Positions 18,001-20,000 of a stretch of DNA of 20,000 bases are shown one piece after another (position 1 is the first letter of the stretch; every line of letters starts with the position of its first letter). The DNA lies in the IMG/VR virus record IMGVR_UViG_3300035034_002688; one strand, 5' to 3'. The notes under the pieces were generated by a model. That model had not been told where the DNA came from. It made no database searches and worked only from the letters and a program-made list of their open reading frames with translations. The position numbers and the translations under genes were made by a program. The stretch comes from an uncultured virus (IMG/VR IMGVR_UViG_3300035034_002688). Taxonomy: Duplodnaviria > Heunggongvirae > Uroviricota > Caudoviricetes.

Positions 18001-18532
18001 GCGTGAAGGCATCCCCCAGGGTCACCGTGTAGAGACCCTGACCCACCTCAGTGAGCGAGTCGAACACCGTGTTGACCGCCGACGTGCCGTTGATTACGAC
18101 GTCCGTTGACACGGAGGCCCCCGTAAGGCCCGTCACAGCCGTCCCATCTCTTACCAGGGGTACGAGCAAGGTCAGCTCGCTGCCGACCGTCTCCGAGCGA
18201 GTATAGAGGCTCTCACCCCCTGCGACGGATGCCCCGATCTGAAGCGTTTGCGTGTACTGCGCCACACCGGAAGCGCCAACCTCCGTGATCACAAAGGTGA
18301 ACTCCCCTCGCGTGTCGAACTCCAGAGCGGTAAACGCCACCTCATACACGCCGGGCATGTTGGTCGCGTCCAGCTCCGCGAAGTTGTCGGAGGTGAGCGT
18401 CTTTTCAACGGGCGAGCCCGCGTCTTTGCGGTAATAGAGGGCAACGTCTGCGGCCACCAATCCCGTCAAGGGGGCGCCCGCCGCGTCGACGAGTAGCATG
18501 GACACCGTGTCAGCGGAGTTGAGCGCGCGCAT
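15059..18532 (-). CDS. Putative tail fibre/receptor-binding protein (1157 aa) with BNR/Asp-box (YCF48-like) beta-propeller repeats
   Basis: Nine (S/T)xxxGxx(W/F) Asp-box-like motifs (SSDRGDTF, TEDGGETW, TTDTGDNW, TNDAGATF, TINGGTAW, SDDAGANF, SDDSGASW, TVDGGASF, TQDGGTTW) with AVGDNG/VVGQNG blades; C-terminal heptad repeats; GAGGA RBS. Confidence 0.75.
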   Translation of the reverse strand: MRALNSADTVSMLLVDAAGAPLTGLVAADVALYYRKDAGSPVEKTLTSDNFAELDATNMPGVYEVAFTALEFDTRGEFTFVITEVGASGVAQYTQTLQIGASVAGGESLYTRSETVGSELTLLVPLVRDGTAVTGLTGASVSTDVVINGTSAVNTVFDSLTEVGQGLYTVTLGDAFTQEPGTVVTQVRPLNPIPRDLVDLGYSLTSATSVWAASRTRNAVDVWVTDFFDTDQVAFSSDRGDTFTNIEFRSGGGFTKRPSGVAGDVEDPDRIVVAAWESNGDLGFAYYTEDGGETWTEAVDFFAPATLTTTRRCAVQPGGTAFFVIGQTAGGDGILYQGAFFSPILSASSTHVGIEVYDVDVPTSNSIVLVGETGGGAAYVRRATGGFALVAPSVLPAVDGLRAVHLFPGSGSGFAVGDNGTVIYTTDTGDNWTDVTANTGTVQALTGVHMVSATEAYVVGESGTLIYTNDAGATFSVPPEAAAIGLTIQDTYVADSAVFLPQANTGDRLELGKQAADFDAARLWVELEPASALDTVIGTLRAELSRQRPGYVLDIETEHVSTLYLSRDGEPNTGVSGSALTSLLFKAGASAVNTVNTTLTELDDAALPGWYSVTLGVGDTNVAGDLVLDLRAGGLAITNAEQQSDPGGVEDSGNGVYAVSNTVAYIARGNGFGGGEVISTINGGTAWTSLGGVNFTDRCVQGVPGTDFLLVGGEDSGQPYISFSDDAGANFDLATEDSFAVFASIRDMAAPSTQLFYGVAGGNVVVVDRTVNANLQVVLYNEGDLGSFGQFFTGIDAQLSGTILAVGNDGTTDGFAIRSDDSGASWATVPMPTTDILTDVDFVSGTLTGWVVGQNGQIFKTVDGGASFSAQTSGVATTLNGVIAVSTTQAWVVGAAGVVLYTQDGGTTWQSSGVVDAITAGPPVADLDSIDGANGVLWATGQSDGDVYILRIDALSAAIDPVTLRYRVTSGAAVDLSPVTDALTDIQGAGFNTATDSLKILSDGADTQSTAISTLSTDVGTVQTDLTAVQGDVTAISTDVGTLSTDVGTLTTEVGTISTDVGTLTTDVGTLTTDVGAISTDLGEIQILITRILGLSQENIRITDHAYDGSGNLIGATIRTYPTAVDVANETNAIASYVLEAVYDVSNRLDDYSIRRA
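15284..15505 (-). repeat. Imperfect 21-bp coding tandem repeat (TL(S/T)TDVG heptads)
   Basis: Units such as CCCAACGTCCGTGGTCAGGGT / CCCACATCCGTGGAGAGCGT repeat about ten times; boundaries approximate. Confidence 0.75.
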
Positions 18533-18561
18533 AGATGCGTTCCTCGTGGGGGGTGCAGAAA

Positions 18562-18579
18562 GAGGACCCGGAGGTCCTC
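18562..18579 (-). terminator. Small hairpin with short U-tract between the small-gene region and the structural operon
   Basis: Minus strand GAGGACC-TCCG-GGTCCTC followed by TTTCT. Confidence 0.45.
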
Positions 18580-18609
18580 ACTCGCTTTCCCCCCGCTATA
18601 AGTGGATTC

Positions 18610-19068
18610 TCACCCCCAGCACACCGACTCCCAACCCTCCTTCTGGGCGCGGGCCACGTAATCTCGAATCTCGGAGACTCGACCGTGGAGGTAGCCCGCA
18701 GGCCGGAGCTGGCGAAGGACCGAAGCACCCCGCACGATCTCGCTCACGCCGTCCGAGCGGACCTCTACGCGGCGAGGACCCATCTCAACCGAACCCTGTA
18801 TGGCCGGGTCCTGCTCACGGCTCAGAAACCGCATGCACGCTCTCCGGACGCGGGGGTAATCCTCCGGGCCCCAGGACCCGCCGTACTCGCTCGGCTCTCC
18901 GAGGCACTGGAGCAACTCCAGTGCGTTGGAGTTGGACATCTGGATGTCCTCCTGAAACTCGATGCGGTCGACGCCGCTGCCGTCGCAGTGGCGGCAGGAA
19001 GGCCTGTCGCAACACTCGAACTCCTCAATCTTAACCGGCGCATCGTTGGAAAAAAAGCTGATGGACAT
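18610..19068 (-). CDS. Hypothetical phage protein (152 aa) with a Cys cluster (CC...CxxCxGxG), probable Zn-binding
   Basis: ECCDRPSCRHCDGSG motif; GAGG RBS; downstream of promoter-motif copy 3. Confidence 0.75.
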   Translation of the reverse strand: MSISFFSNDAPVKIEEFECCDRPSCRHCDGSGVDRIEFQEDIQMSNSNALELLQCLGEPSEYGGSWGPEDYPRVRRACMRFLSREQDPAIQGSVEMGPRRVEVRSDGVSEIVRGASVLRQLRPAGYLHGRVSEIRDYVARAQKEGWESVCWG

Positions 19069-19123
19069 GAGGTGCCTCGTGATCTGGTGCGCCGTTTCGG
19101 CGCGGTGTGTCGTTGTCTGTCTC

Positions 19124-19185
19124 GTCTCTCACCTCTCATGTACCACAAGGGGTGGAGAGCGTAAAAAGAATCTCAGAAAGGCCGC
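19124..19185 (-). promoter_or_regulatory. Repeated promoter-like motif, copy 3 (62-bp direct repeat with copy 4)
   Basis: 60/62 identical to 19729-19790; contains GAGATTCTTTTTAC-N11-CTTGTGGTACAT on the minus strand. Confidence 0.8.
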
Positions 19186-19210
19186 AAAAAAGATCACGCA
19201 AGAACGAAGC

Positions 19211-19240
19211 GACCCCCTCCCCGCAATGGGTGAGGGGGTC
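19211..19240 (-). terminator. Probable terminator hairpin after the 138-aa gene
   Basis: Perfect 9-bp arms GACCCCCTC / GAGGGGGTC about 20 nt downstream of the stop, followed on the minus strand by a broken T-rich tract. Confidence 0.6.
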
Positions 19241-19262
19241 GGTGAGTCAGCTCAAGAGAGGC

Positions 19263-19679
19263 TCAGGAGAAGTGGGTTCCGAGGACCTCAGGGTTGATGC
19301 GGACCCCGTTCGAGCCCTTACCCTTCAGGCTCTCATCGGCTCGGCACTCGCGGCACCAGCTCTGGAGGTAGGTCTTGCCCCGAGCCTTGTAGAACCGGAG
19401 TCCGAAGGTCTCCTTGATCCCCTGGAGACCTTGAGCCTCCAGTCCACAGCAAGGGCAAGCGTGGACGATGTTCTCCCAGGGCTGGAGCCTTCCGACGAGA
19501 CCCCTGTGGTCTCCGCGCGTCACCTCCGGCCAGCGGCTCACCAGGAGGTCGTAGAGGCTGCTCACCGCCTCCTCAGGGATCTCAGGGTTGGCGTGGGTCC
19601 AGCAGGCGATGAAATCTTTGCGGAGGTTGAGGCTCTTGGCGTTCTTGAGGCTCTTGGCGGCGGCGTTCTGGACTTTCAT
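19263..19679 (-). CDS. Hypothetical Zn-finger-like basic protein (138 aa)
   Basis: CPCC...FGLR...QSWCRECR (two CxxC pairs); AGAGGA RBS; flanked by promoter repeat and hairpin. Confidence 0.75.
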   Translation of the reverse strand: MKVQNAAAKSLKNAKSLNLRKDFIACWTHANPEIPEEAVSSLYDLLVSRWPEVTRGDHRGLVGRLQPWENIVHACPCCGLEAQGLQGIKETFGLRFYKARGKTYLQSWCRECRADESLKGKGSNGVRINPEVLGTHFS

Positions 19680-19728
19680 GACTTCCTCTCTTTCGTGTTG
19701 CGCCGTGATCCGGCGCCGTGTCTCTCTT

Positions 19729-19790
19729 GTCTCTCACCTCTCATGTACCACAAGGAGTGGGGAGCGTAAAAAGAATCTCAGAAAGGCCGC
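19729..19790 (-). promoter_or_regulatory. Repeated promoter-like motif, copy 4
   Basis: 60/62 identical to 19124-19185. Confidence 0.8.
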
Positions 19791-19797
19791 CGAAATC

Positions 19798-20000
19798 TCA
19801 AACGTGGGGGTCCTGCTTGATGACCGCGCCGCTGAAGCCCAGGCCCGAGTAACGGATAGCCTTGATGCTATCACCCTTGGTGGCCCATCCACGCTGGCCG
19901 TTGCCCCGCTTCTGACGTCGGGTCCAGCACTGAGCGGGGATGTCCTCAAGAGCGACGCCCTCCTCCAGGGCCTGACGCGCCGATCGGAGGTCCGCAACCC
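19798..20000 (-). CDS. 3' end of a hypothetical protein (5'-truncated)
   Basis: Open frame ...VADLRSARQALEEGVALEDIPAQCWTRRQKRGNGQRGWATKGDSIKAIRYSGLGFSGAVIKQDPHV* ends at TGA 19800-19798, just before promoter copy 4. Confidence 0.55.
   Translation of the reverse strand, partial: VADLRSARQALEEGVALEDIPAQCWTRRQKRGNGQRGWATKGDSIKAIRYSGLGFSGAVIKQDPHV

Noticed and set aside
19214..19945. 12-nt matches to halves of the CRISPR repeat (CCCCTCCCCGCA at 19214-19225; GCGGGGATGTCC at 19934-19945) as solitary repeat units
   Set aside because: One is a terminator arm and the other lies in coding sequence; neither forms the repeat hairpin, and GC-rich 12-mers are expected by chance.

Overview
GC-rich DNA that reads as part of a large tailed-phage genome; every credible gene is on the minus strand. 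Two blocks of large, acidic, Gly/Ala/Thr/Val-rich virion/tail-type genes (18532->10126 and 7436->left edge) are interrupted by a ~2.7 kb island (~7455-10120). The island holds five small hypothetical ORFs (one with an N-terminal ribbon-helix-helix-like segment) and a cas-less CRISPR array of seven 29-bp type I-E-like repeats and six spacers. The array has its own sigma70-like promoter and a boxA-like antitermination motif in its leader. A conserved promoter-like motif (TTTTAC-N11-CTTGTGGTAYAT on the minus strand) occurs four times, always ahead of small genes. A different 12-mer plus hairpin precedes both structural blocks. The best candidate for a new system is the phage orphan array plus its adjacent small-ORF/regulator cassette, which probably exploits or modulates a host type I-E Cascade. 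All protein assignments are motif-level judgements by eye; no searches were run.
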